DNA of 60,395 bases, counting the filler, from Squatina squatina (Eukaryota), in NCBI GenBank assembly GCA_031763465.1. It is 3 parts of 3 records of this genome, joined end to end, with 100 filler letters (N's around TTAATTAATTAA, not from the genome) between each part and the next. Parts side by side here need not be neighbours in the genome. Positions count along the whole stretch, not along the records: positions 28,570 to 45,155 come from JARFOE010000176.1; positions 45,256 to 60,395 come from JARFOE010000016.1; 1 more part is not named here. The stretch is one strand, 5' to 3'. The notes under the pieces are model-generated. The model saw only the letters and a program-made list of their open reading frames with translations. It was not told the DNA's origin and made no database searches. The number at the start of each line of letters is the position of its first letter. Within the stretch, counting starts at the first letter, position 1. A program made the position numbers and the translations under genes. Of the stretch, positions 36,617 to 48,824 are shown piece after piece.

Positions 36617-37537
36617 NNNNNNNNNNNNNNNNNNNNNNNNNNNNNNNNNNNNNNNNNNNNNNNNNNNNNNNNNNNNNNNNNNNNNNNNNNNNNNNNNNNN
36701 NNNNNNNNNNNNNNNNACACATGATACAACACTACAAGGAACTGGTGTGCATCATTGTGCTGCACGCTCAGCACCTCTCCCCCTGCGGAACTTCATTCCA
36801 CCCTCTGCACACGATGCTGGCAACTAACCATGCGTTCCACGTTAACGCAGCTTGTTCATTCAGAGAGAAAACAAAGTGGTGACTGAATCAGAAAAGGAAA
36901 AAGGCTGTGTGCATCGCAGCAGAACTGCAGAATGCCAATATGCCTGGAGTTTATCAGTTTGGCCTAAATTTTGGAATTCATCTTCCAGAGGGTTAATTAT
37001 AGGGTTTAATCGATTTTAATCTTAGAATGAGAAGGGTTAATTAGAGAAGAGTCCTGGATAAACATTTAGTTAGGTACGCACAAGTCTGAATATCTAAAGA
37101 ACCATTTCCATAAAAATAGGCAAGAAATCCAGGGGAAACAGATGGAGAAAACAGGAAGAAATGTGCACAGCAACAGTCTGATAACAGTCACTAGGTTTAT
37201 TTCATGGAGGAAGTGATGGTGTTTTAGAATGCTGACATTTCAACACTGGAACCTGGTTTAAATCCAGACCCAGTTGATGGGATGCAAGCCTCATCTATAA
37301 ATGTCCTGTGCAAAAATTACTTTAGGGCAGTCTCCGCCTCCTTCCTGGGCTGTGGATGAAAGTCCATTGCACAAAACCGCCGCTAATTCAATGCTAATTG
37401 GCAGGTTTACTTGAGAAGAATGTTTGTGTGGAAAATGGAAATGTCACATTGATGCAGCAGGAGGCTGAAGTTCAAACACATTGGGTGAACACCCACAGAA
37501 ATTCAGTCCCATTATTGGGCTAGAACAGAAAAACATC

Positions 37538-38291
37538 AGGGGTCCCAATTTGTTTCTTTGAATTCGTGAAAAATTGGCGCAAACATGGCGCTCGCTGGTG
37601 GCGTTACCGCCGCCAATCGCGGAATTGGTGTCAGGGTTTTTATTGGCTCCAAGAGCTTTCAGGCAGTTACACCGAGGCGTGAGTAGCAGCAGCACACAGT
37701 GATTGTGACGTCATTGTCTTGCGCAGTGCCAACTTCCAGCTGTGTGGCCCCAAATTCATCAGTGTCCCCGATGTAAAAGGGGGCGCTGGGACCGCCCTGA
37801 AACTGCAGTGCTGCCCTGCCGGTTGCAGGCAGTGCATCCGTTATTTAAAGGGCATGTCATGGGCGCCATTTGGTTTTTCTGATTAATTTTGAGTTGGACC
37901 CTGAAGCTTACATTGCCCTGCTCCTTTCTGCTGTGGACTTCAGGCATTGCAACATTGAGCAAGTCAAGGGGAAGTTAGCAATACCGGCATTGCAACATTG
38001 AGCAAGTCAAGGGGGAGTTGGCACACTGGCATTGCAACATTGAGCAAGTCAAGGGGAAGTTGGCACACTGGCATTGCAACATTGAGCAAGTCAAGGGGGA
38101 GTTGGCAACACCGACATTGCAACATTGAGCAAGTCAAGGGAGAGTTGATACCATTGGTGGGGTTTTGGCCATTGATTGGCTGCTGCATCAGCACCACCTC
38201 CAATATCTGAGATGAAGGCAGAGGCGTCGGCAGCAACGGAGGGACATGAGGCGACTGCAGAATGCTGCAAGGGCCGAACACCAAGAGGGCG
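37538..38291 (+). mobile_element. PIF/Harbinger-like element left part with start of transposase
   Basis: 38150-38291 (GGVLAIDWLLHQHHLQYLR*RQRRRQQRRDMRRLQNAAR) is homologous to the minus-strand transposase N-terminus at 52215-52516. Confidence 0.55.
37943..38152. repeat. 42/43-bp tandem repeat, 5 units (GGCATTGCAACATTGAGCAAGTCAAGGGGRAGTTGGCACACT)
   Basis: Unit starts at 37943, 37986, 38028, 38070 and 38113. Confidence 0.95.
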
Positions 38292-38391
38292 NNNNNNNNN
38301 NNNNNNNNNNNNNNNNNNNNNNNNNNNNNNNNNNNNNNNNNNNNNNNNNNNNNNNNNNNNNNNNNNNNNNNNNNNNNNNNNNNNNNNNNNN

Positions 38392-38615
38392 ACCATGTAC
38401 CGAGCACTCCTTCTTCAAAGAGCTTCCTAGTATTTCCCTTAAATTTGTCTTTTACTAGTTTGAAACCATGATTCTTCATCCTACTCTTACAACTTAAAAA
38501 GTAGTTTTCTTGATTTCCCTTTGTCCATACCATTTACAGTCTTGTATACTTCTATAAGATCACCCCTCAGTGTTTTTGTACAAGGCTGAAAAATCCAAAT
38601 GTTGCTCTAGTCTTT
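38392..38615 (-). mobile_element. CR1 ORF2 C-terminal fragment
   Basis: Minus-strand 'aggggtgatcttatagaagtatacaag' (RGDLIEVYK) and NHGFKLVKDKFK. Confidence 0.75.
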
Positions 38616-39929
38616 TACTCGGATCTTTGACACGAGGGTGTATAAATTCGTAATGGGCGGTCACACAAAACGGGATGACAATTAAACCGAATATCCATTG
38701 GGGCGTATAACTGCCCATTTTGCTCTATTGCCCAAGTCGAATTTCTACCCCGTGGGATCAACCTCGCAGTTCTTTGCATTTTCATCAGTTCTAAAATGTC
38801 TGTCTCATATCTTGGTGATGCAGAGTATTGACATGGAATTTCAAAGGAGGTTGTCATTTAAGTTGGGCACTGACCAGAGTCCGAGTTTTGGCAACAGACA
38901 CAGGAGTATAGCTAGCATTTCTGCAAGGTTTGAAATTTGGTCTTGAGGTTAACTATTCTACTCTGCCATTTGTTTCAAAGAAGTGAATGCGAGCTAGAGA
39001 ACCAGCCAGCATTGCAGTCAAAGTTTTGGGACCATAATACATTTCTAAACAAATGAATTAGATCCAAACATAGTAGCCAATTCGTTTCCAATGCAAATAC
39101 AGTCAACCGTGTCACTGTACAACAACAAAAATATTTACAGACACGTCCTAGTAATTATACAAACAGTTTTCTCATGGGGGAGGGTGGTCTAAGGAGAAAA
39201 CAAAAATATAAGGCACTGAAGTGGATGCTGTTTTTCATTCCTCCGAGGCAATCACAACAGACCTGGAAGCTTACATACCATCTCACTGGGAATGCCGTGT
39301 AGTATGGGGCAGAGGTATGGAGTAAGTCGAGGGGGCTAGAAATATGACAGTAATAATGAAACACCAGGAATTAAGTCTTTTATCTTAAATTGCATTTCCT
39401 AAAAAGTGAACACATTTATATTTTCTTGGGGGCTTAAATAAAATGAAAGCAGATCCTCAAGCTAGGACCTAATTTTTTGAATATGGTCCCCATTCATTAC
39501 AAAAGCACTGTAAACTGAAATGCAGAACATTTTATAACCTCAAAATATGAGCTTCTGGGTCAATGAACTTCCGACTGTTTTGTGATATTTATTGGGCCAT
39601 ATGTTTAACACCCCTGCTCTAAAAGTTACATCATACTGAATGAAACAGGTGTAAAGCACATCCCTTGATGCGTTTGAAGATTTACCTCTCTGCATGAAGA
39701 GGTCAATGCAAATGCAATGATGTTAACACTTGAAACTGTGCGTCCATTACCCTTGCACTCACTTGTTTTTGCATTGAATATTGAACGGAAAAAATACACA
39801 CATAAATGATCTGGTGATTTGGATTTTAATATGCTAGATCTGCAGTACACAGAAATGTTTGTTTCTATAGGACACAAGTAAGAGATGAGATCAGAGGATC
39901 TAAGTCGAGGTTCACATGTCGATACTTAC

Positions 39930-40061
39930 TGAATTAACATGAGCCCATTCTCTGACAAAGTTAATTAAATCAGGCTCATCAATGGTGAGCAAGTCACTCT
40001 GCAGAACAACAAGCAGTGCAGGGTCAGAAAGTTCATGAAAGCCTTGGGTCTTCACAATACT
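39930..40061 (-). CDS. BTBD19: BTB/POZ domain-containing protein 19, BACK-domain exon (SIVKTQGFHELSDPALLVVLQSDLLTIDEPDLINFVREWAHVNS)
   Basis: 132-bp phase-0/0 exon between 'tctctcctcag' and 'gtaagt'; resembles recalled BTBD19 RTRGFLELSAAALLPLLRSDKLCVDEAELVRAARSWARV. The BACK domain is clear; the paralogue call is less certain. Confidence 0.72.
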
Positions 40062-41167
40062 CTGAGGAGAGACCAGATGATTCATCTTATTCAAACTGAC
40101 TATACAAGACCAAACAAAATAATACATTTGAGTACAGCAGCTTGATTAATTTTGTATGAATATTCAGGACTGAATATCCAAAAGGATTTTCAACACACAG
40201 AATAGTTCACATTTCAAATTCACAATCTTTGTTGAGTCATAGGGCACTTCTTTTCTCTCCAATATTCTTCTGCCTGAAGGTATTGTCTACCTTGCTAGGG
40301 TATGGTTTTGCTGAAAAAAAGTAAATTTCTTTACTCCCATCTAATTAAATTCCCCTTACCTTCACATGCAATTCCACTTGGCCCCAAGCCACCACAGATG
40401 CCACATTTGAGTCAAAGCTAAGCAGATGGTCTTGGTCAGGGGGGCTGGGAAAAACAATCCTTCCAGTCCACACATTCCCCAACAACATCCACATGATTGA
40501 AATCACCACGTATGGAGCTTGGGGTATAAGCATGGCCATGTTTCCCTACATTACAACAGTGACTACTATTCAAATGTATAACATTGGCTGTGAAGTGTTT
40601 TGGGATGTCCTGAGATCATGAAAGGCAGTATTNNNNNNNNNNNNNNNNNNNNNNNNNNNNNNNNNNNNNNNNNNNNNNNNNNNNNNNNNNNNNNNNNNNN
40701 NNNNNNNNNNNNNNNNNNNNNNNNNNNNNNNNNNNNNNNNNNNNNNNNNNNNNNNNNNNNNNNNNNNNNNNNNNNNNNNNNNNNNNNNNNNNNNNNNNNN
40801 NNNNNNNNNNNNNNNNNNNNNNNNNNNNNNNNNNNNNNNNNNNNNNNNNNNNNNNNNNNNNNNNNNNNNNNNNNNNNNNNNNNNNNNNNNNNNNNNNNNN
40901 NNNNNNNNNNNNNNNNNNNNNNNNNNNNNNNNNNNNNNNNNNNNNNNNNNNNNNNNNNNNNNNNNNNNNNNNNNNNNNNNNNNNNNNNNNNNNNNNNNNN
41001 NNNNNNNNNNNNNNNNNNNNNNNNNNNNNNNNNNNNNNNNNNNNNNNNNNNNNNNNNNNNNNNNNNNNNNNNNNNNNNNNNNCAACCCATTTTGTGTTTC
41101 AATAAAGGAGCATGTGTCAGGCAGTTACATTATGTTAGAAGTATTTCCTGTGCAAAGTCCGTTTAAG

Positions 41168-41941
41168 AATGGAAGAATACGAAAACAGAATATTTTTTAA
41201 AAATGGTGAGAAACTATTAAGTGTTGGTGTTCAGGGAGATTTAGGTGACTTTGTACAGGAAACACAGAAAGTTAGCATGCAAACACAACAAGCAATTAGG
41301 CATGTTGGCCTTTATTGCAAGGGGGTTGGAGTAAAAGAGTAAGGAAGCCTTGCTGCAATTGTACATGGCTTTGGTGAGACCACACCTGGAGTACTGTGCA
41401 CAGTTTTGGTCTCCTTATCTGAGGAAGGACATACTTGCCTTTGAAGTGGTGTAACAAAGGTTCAGGAGCTTGATCCCTGGGATGAGCGGGTTGTCCTGTG
41501 AGGAGAGATTGAGCAGGTTGAGCCTACACTCTCTGGAGTATAGAAGAATGAGAGGTGATCTCATTGAAACATACAAGATTCTGAGGGGGATTGACAGGGT
41601 AGATGCTGAGCGGTTGTCTACCCTGGCTTGCGTGTCTAGAACTAGGGAGCATAGTCTCAGGATAAGGGACCGGCCATTTAAGACCAGGAGAAGTAATTTC
41701 TTCACTCAGAGGGTTTTGAATCTTTGGAATTCTGTAACCCAAAGGACTATAGATGCTGAGTTACTGAGCATATTCAAAGCTGAGATAAATGGATTTTTGG
41801 ACTTTGGGGGATTCAGGGGATATGGGGATCAGGTGGGAAAGTGGAGTTGAAGTCGAAGATCAGCCATGATCTTATTGAATGGCAGAGCAGACTCGAAGGA
41901 CCGTATGGCCTACTTCTGCTCCTAATTCTTATGTTCTTATT
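41168..41941 (+). mobile_element. CR1 LINE 3' portion with tail
   Basis: LVRPHLEYCAQFWSP, RMRGDLIETYKIL, FFTQRVLNLWNS, then 3' UTR and 'ttcttatgttcttat' tail. Confidence 0.95.
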
Positions 41942-44900
41942 GAGAGGATGACGCCTTTAAATCGTGCTCCTGCAGGATCCTGGGGCAGACCAATTTTACA
42001 AAAGGATCCGACACCAATTTAGGACCCATATTTAAATATTACAGGGAAGATTCTGCATGATTCCAGCACCCAACCTGGACGCATACAGGGTGCCCGATCC
42101 AAAATGGCGGGTGGCGGGCTTCTGGCACGGAACAGGCGCATGGGCGCCACCTTCCAGATTGGACCCTTATCTGCCCAAGACCAGCACAGTGAGATCGAAA
42201 TTCTAGGCCCATGTTCCTTACAAAAGCTTGCTGATACAATACAGTCTTGCTGTTCAGCTTCATAATGGGTAACGACCTCTCAAACTAAGACAAAAATGCT
42301 GTGTCTAAACTTTTTCTTACTTCTAAATTGCTTTTAAAAGCCAATTAAAATCTAAAAATTGAAATCAATACAAATGACAATGAGTTGAACTGGGAAATGC
42401 TAACCCACCCTCTACGTCTGGCCACTTCCCCCTCTTTTAAACTCTCATTTTACTTCATACTGTCGTGTGGCAAAGGTCACAAAAGATCAGTCTGAATGAG
42501 TTATTCTTAGTGCAATAATCAGGCAAGAGGAAGCAATTAGTCACATCCAGTAGCTCAGGCGTGCAGACGGAAATAACGCAAGCTTAACAGGATGACTCGC
42601 TGATACAATGATACCATTCTTTGCATTCCCTGGATCAGGATTAGCGTAACAGCAGAAGGCTTCTCACTTTCTCACTCTCCCTCGGCACTTTTACAGTTGC
42701 ATTTGTTTCTGGGAGAGCCGCACCCCTTATCCTGGCAGCAGAACTGTAGACTTACATTTTTGTGGGTGTATGATTCTGCTGCAGGGATAAGGGAGCTGCT
42801 TTTAGCAGTGCAAACTTGTGCCCCAGCAGGCAATTGCCGCTCCCCAGTGATTTGAGCTACACAAGTGTCAATGTAAAAATGCCTTCAGTCCCTCCCTGCT
42901 CAANNNNNNNNNNNNNNNNNNNNNNNNNNNNNNNNNNNNNNNNNNNNNNNNNNNNNNNNNNNNNNNNNNNNNNNNNNNNNNNNNNNNNNNNNNNNNNNNN
43001 NNNTGCCTTTTCACATGAACTCGTCACGTTTTACACTGTATTACAGCGGGGAAAATGATCATTCAGTTTTTGGCCAAGTAAGCTTATGTTTTGAAGGTTT
43101 CAAAACATAGCTCTTCACAGAAAAACACGGGATGTATTTTCCTCTGTTTATTAATGTAGTAAAACATTCACAAGAGGGGTTGGGGTGGCCAGTTAGCAGG
43201 AGTTGGAACAAAAGTTATGAGTGCAAAGACCGAAACCCTGCTTTATACCCATAACAACTTTTGGACCAACATTGGCAAGAGAAGGCACAGAGTAGGGATC
43301 AGCCAGTTTTCTCACAGGCAAAAACTATACCAAATAAAAAAATCAATGGCCATGCTCATGTACTTTCTATGGACCAGCTTAAGAGCACGGACAGTGACCC
43401 AAGAATAAGACATCTGCCTTCTCTGTTGACTAGGGAGTGGTGCATGATGCAGGGAGACATCAAACAACACACGGGAAGAAAGCACATTAACTGGGCAGGT
43501 GAAGAAAATACACTGGTGTCACTAAGCTTTTGGCTCATTATGGTATAGGAAAAATCAAATACACATGTGACTATCTTTCTTGTTTCTACTCTTAATGCAT
43601 TACGTGAAATTGCTCCCATCACTACTGCCACCAGTGACATACCTGCAAACACCAATACTTCACCCTACTGGTATACCACTCAAACCCAAGTTTCAATAGA
43701 CAAAATCAATACTTATTAAAATGCATGATGCTTTTCATAGTTCAAATGACATAGGCTGAAAATTTCACACACCCTCTTTTAAACTTTACTTAAATTCTAA
43801 TAATAATTGTAATAATAATAATAGGCTGTGTCTATATTTTAAGAAAATTTTAAATATTTCTTCTCAAGCAAACTCAAACTTGGGTTTAACTTAGTCGTTA
43901 ATCCCACCAAACTGTTTATAATCCTCCAACCAACTTTGTCAGAGTAACTAGTTTTGGAACACCTGCCTCCTCTTAAGCAGGCTGGAATTCCCAAGATCAC
44001 AAGCAATTATCAGCACCGACACCTACGTTCCACAGCAAAAACTGCACCCGAGGACTTTCTCAATACTCACATTAGTCAAATCTTCTCTTTAGACAAAATT
44101 CTAAAAGTCAGAATCTTATAAACAATAATTCTGAGATTTTCAAAATGATTCTTTGGATTGTACCCTTCTGTTTCAGTGGAAACTATTTTTAAAAGATTAC
44201 TTTTTATAAATGAAATGTTTACAGGCGGCTCAGAATTAGGTTGTCATGTTGATGTAGGTCAGTAGCATCACGCTAATGTTCTGTAATGGGGCAGCCAATA
44301 ATACTCCAACACATTTCACCATTGCTGAGGGGATAGGAATTTGCAAAGCAATGGCAAGAAGAACTGTCAGATCTTAACTCTTGTGATAACTCGTAACACA
44401 ATGGGTTCTACAGTTTTTATGTAGCCCTTTTACTTGCTCTATGGGTGCTGGACAGCCCTACTTCCTAAAAGCATCCCATATTTTTTCTTGCTGCAGAGTA
44501 ACAAAAGGAGAAGCCTCAGCACTGGATTTTAGCTCGACATTCTACAGACAAGCCCAAAGCCTGCCAAGGGCCGTAGTTGGTGGGGAGCACCATTTAGGAT
44601 TTAAGGTGACAATTTTATATTGAATGTTTAAATTAGGCAACAGTAGCTGGTATTTTATATTTAATCTCGCTACATTTTCTTTCATCATTTAACTTCTTCC
44701 CAAACCTGCTTATCCATTACACTAGAATTTTACAATCCTCCTCTGTTCCACTTCCTTACCCCTACCCTGACAGGTGCAATGTCTGGTTGGAACTGCATCA
44801 TTCCATGAGCATGTCAAAATGGTTCTGTTGTGTTACCGCTATGTTTTTCCTTTCCTACAACATCTACCAGAGCATTCTCAGCTCCAAACTCCATTTCTTC

Positions 44901-45155
44901 AAAACAAAACAGCTCCTCCAAAAACTTTTCACTTCAACCTCCATCTTCATAAGACTACTTTGTGTCCAAAATTATGGGTATCCACACTGCAGCCTCTGCC
45001 TCCTCCAAACTCTCCACCTCTCAGCATCTCCTCTCAAGCACCCCCTCCCTTACTCCATCCATCCATCCATCCATCCTTACTGTCTTCCATCCTCACCCCT
45101 CCTGTAACAAAATTTAGGTATTCCAACCACCTGCTATCTGAACACCCTCCCAGTC

Positions 45156-45255
45156 NNNNNNNNNNNNNNNNNNNNNNNNNNNNNNNNNNNNNNNNNNNNT
45201 TAATTAATTAANNNNNNNNNNNNNNNNNNNNNNNNNNNNNNNNNNNNNNNNNNNN
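45156..45255. other. Artificial scaffold spacer N44-TTAATTAATTAA-N44
   Basis: 12-mer at 45200-45211, identical layout to 28470-28569. Confidence 0.97.
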
Positions 45256-45279
45256 TTAAGCAATTTGCATTTAATGTAA

Positions 45280-45633
<354 letters not shown>

Positions 45634-45719
45634 TAACAGAAAAACATTCAATGTACTACTTTTGGTAACAGGTTTGTTTTGCTTGGGTTAACTAAGCCAC
45701 AGATGATGAAAAATATGAT

Positions 45720-46128
45720 CTCTGAGTCAGAAGGTTGGGTGTTTAAGCCCTGCTCCAGGAACTGAGCATGTAATCCAGGCTGACATCCCAATGCAAATAC
45801 TGAGGNNNNNNNNNNTTGCATAGTTGGAGGGGACGTATTTCAGGCAAGACGTTGAACAGTCAGCCTGTTCAGGTGGGTGTGAAAAGATTCCATGGCACTA
45901 TTTGAAGAAGAGTGGGTAATTCTTCTATGTGCTGACCAACATTCATATCTCAACCAACATCAACAAAAATAGACTTGTCATTCATCTCATTGCTGTTTGC
46001 AGTATATTATTCTGAACAAAATGGTTGCCATGTTTACCTATATAAGAACAGTTATAGTATTTCAAAGTAATTGAGATATGTGAAGCAATTTGGAGATGTG
46101 AATGTGATGTTATAGAATTAAGTCTTTT
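45720..46128 (+). mobile_element. Deu-domain SINE (SacSINE1-like) in ECM2 last intron
   Basis: 'tctgagtcagaaggttgg...aaaagattccatggcactatttgaagaagag...tcaaccaacatc...cattgctgtttg...tttcaaagta'. Confidence 0.8.
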
Positions 46129-46499
46129 TTCCCCTGTAAACTAAAACCATAAAGTATCCACATTCATTTATCTTTCCAATCCTTCCTACATGTAATAGCA
46201 AACCAATATCAAAAAATTGATTTATAGGCATATGAATTGTGTTGTGCCAATTTAAGACTCAAGTTTTCCCATTACATGCTATTAGTAATTCACCCCCAAA
46301 AGGTTGGACCTCTGGAATTTTCTACTTGGATCTCAGAATAGCAAAGTTTGTAATCTCTGTGTTTGTCTTTAGAGACTAAGCACCAACAAAAACCTCTGAT
46401 CAAAGAATAATCTGAATATTGAGTGGGACATCAAAATGCTGACTGAACGAAAGGATTTTTAAAAAAAATCACACTAATACAAAATGGTGTTTTTACCAG

Positions 46500-46671
46500 G
46501 AACATTCGACTGGAATCCATCTGCAATGTGAATGATGAAGACGATTCAAATATTCGAACTCTTCATCTTGAAAACAATTACATAAACACGCGGAGAATTC
46601 CACTAACTGCCTTTTGCTGTATAGAATTATATTCAAGTGTGGTCTTGACACCACAAAAGCTCAAAAAATAA
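46500..46671 (+). CDS. ECM2: ECM2 last coding exon (RNIRLESICNVNDEDDSNIRTLHLENNYINTRRIPLTAFCCIELYSSVVLTPQKLKK*)
   Basis: Acceptor 'tttttaccag'; phase matches the previous exon; resembles the recalled ECM2 C-terminus; TAA at 46669-46671. Confidence 0.93.
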
Positions 46672-47264
46672 CGATTCCAGGTGTGGAAATAATTTTTATC
46701 AGTATATATTTTGTAACAAAAATTTCATGTGTTTCATAACTTAAATATTATTGTTTATCTAAGCTCCTTTCAAAACAGTGTAACTTTTTACTAAATCTAT
46801 AACTAGTTTACAGTTTTTATGTTAATCTTTACCTGTGGATCCATAATAGGCAACAAAGAACAGTTGGATCTGTAATAAATCTCACTCATAAGTCCATTAT
46901 AATAATTTATTGAATGTTACTCGGGAGTGAAAGAGATGTTGCTCACTCTGCTGTGTATCACCAGGTGAAACTATTCGTTCAATAAGTATTTTAAAGTTTT
47001 AGAACTAACTAGAGTAGAACATCACTAATCTGAACAAGTCAGAAACAAACATATTTAGGACGAGCGATTTGTTTGGTCTAGCAAATCATTGCTTAGAATT
47101 TGATATATGGAATATTACAGTGATAAATCAAATGCTTCTCCTTTCTGAACAGCAAAAACATCACTCTTCTGCACACAGTGTGAACGTGTTTTGAATTAAA
47201 GAAATATAACTTTAATTTTAAAAACTATCTGAATGTAGTGAAATTTGCCATTGCAATTTAATTT

Positions 47265-47532
47265 AAATTTAATGCAGAAAAGTGCGAATTGATACATTTT
47301 GATTGGAAGAATAAGCAGAGGCAATATTAACTCAAGGGTACAATTCGAAGGGGGTGCGTGAACAATGAAGCCTGGTGGTATGTGTGCACAAATCGTTGAA
47401 GGTGGCAGGGCAGGTTGAGAAAGCGGTTAAAAAGGCTCACGGGATCCTGGGCTTCAGAAATAGAGGTATAGAGTATAGAAGCAAGGAAATTATGATGAAC
47501 CTTTGCAAAGATTTGGCCTCAACTGGACTATT
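47265..47532 (+). mobile_element. CR1 RT C-terminal fragment
   Basis: FNAEKCELIHF...VHKSLKVAGQVEKAVKKAHGILGF. Confidence 0.85.
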
Positions 47533-48227
47533 NNNNNNNNNNNNNNNNNNNNNNNNNNNNNNNNNNNNNNNNNNNNNNNNNNNNNNNNNNNNNNNNNNNN
47601 NNNNNNNNNNNNNNNNNNNNNNNNNNNNNNNNCGAGTGACAACAGATGTACTAAAAAGGCAACTGAACCAATGGAAGATCTGGCTGCAATTGCCTTGTTG
47701 AGAAATCACACAACTAAGGAAATCAACTAATAGGACCTTCAGGGACAGTTTATATAATCCTTATTCCTTTCCTAGGGTACAAGTAATACAGTACGATTTT
47801 GTTTCTTATTCTCAGAAGCACTGTTTTTTCCCCACCGCTCTTCAGTTTTATTTTGGAAAGGATTCTCTGACCTTTGGTGAACTCCCAGTAGTTATGCTGC
47901 AGTTCTTCTACTATGGCCACACACTTAAAATTGTGATGAGTACCACTTTAGAGAATTTGAAACCAAACCAATATTTGTTGCAAAACTCTTAATTTACAAA
48001 AAATAGATTGTGCATGTAGATCTACCACCACACTCATTTCTGATGGCAGCTAGAAGAGCCCTTTTTATTTTATCCATTAGGGCTTGATTCAAACCCTGGT
48101 GTTAGGTCAATGTGCTAATTCACCTTCTGAATTGAGATACTAAATCCACTCTTGCTTGAAGATTGCTGAACCTGTCAGGATAGTACTATTTCTGTTTGAA
48201 TATTTTCAAGTAGTTATTTACCAATAT

Positions 48228-48560
48228 TGCATAGAATTGACAGCAGAGAAACAGGCCATTTGGTCAACTGGTCTGTGCTCCACACGAGCCTCCTCCCATT
48301 CTTCTTCATCTAACCTTATCAGCATATCCTTCTATTCCTTCCTCCCGCATGTGTTTATCTAGCTTCCCCTTAAATGCATCTATGCTATTCGGCTCAACGA
48401 CTGCTCTGTCCTTGAAAACTACTACCCCTTCTCCAACCTCCCTTTCCTCTCCAAAGTTCTTGAATACGATGCTGCATTCCAAATCCATGTCCTTCTTTCC
48501 CGCAACGCTGTTTGAAACCCTCCAATCACTTTTCTACCCGTCACAGCAATGAAATAGCCT
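48228..48560. mobile_element. CR1 3' end (minus, to about 48397) abutting an L2 RT fragment (plus)
   Basis: 'catagaattgacagcagagaaacaggccatt...ttcccttaaatgcatctatgc', then 'aactactaccccttctccaacctccctttcctctccaaagttcttgaa' (NY..SNLPFLSKVLE). Confidence 0.7.
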
Positions 48561-48610
48561 TTTCATCATTTTGTGATGCAAAACTACATTTTTTTTTTTC
48601 CTCCACCTAG

Positions 48611-48824
48611 GCACTTTTCCTGATCAACAATCAGATAACCAAAATCCACCCAAAGGCATTTCGATCTATTAAACACTTGAAATTGCTTTACCTTTCGTGG
48701 AACTTGCTACCTCAGATTCCCACTAATTTACCTACATCCCTTTTGGAACTAAGAATTGATGACAACAAAATTAAGAAAATAACAAAGGATGCTTTTAAAG
48801 GAATGAAGTTTTTGCATGTTTTAG
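48611..48824 (+). CDS. ASPN: Asporin internal exon (ALFLINNQITKIHPKAF...DAFKGMKFLHVL)
   Basis: 214-bp exon between 'ctccacctag' and 'gtaagt'; class I SLRP repeats matching recalled asporin; lies between ECM2 and OMD as in the known cluster. Confidence 0.9.

Noticed and set aside
37943-38152. CRISPR array or repeat-protein ORFs (37998-38210, 37964-38533)
   Set aside because: No spacers; alternating 42/43-bp units break the frame; it lies inside a transposon remnant.
43200-43700. Possible endogenous retrovirus gag or other coding remnant
   Set aside because: Overlapping short ORFs on both strands with no gag, pol or env motif I can support.
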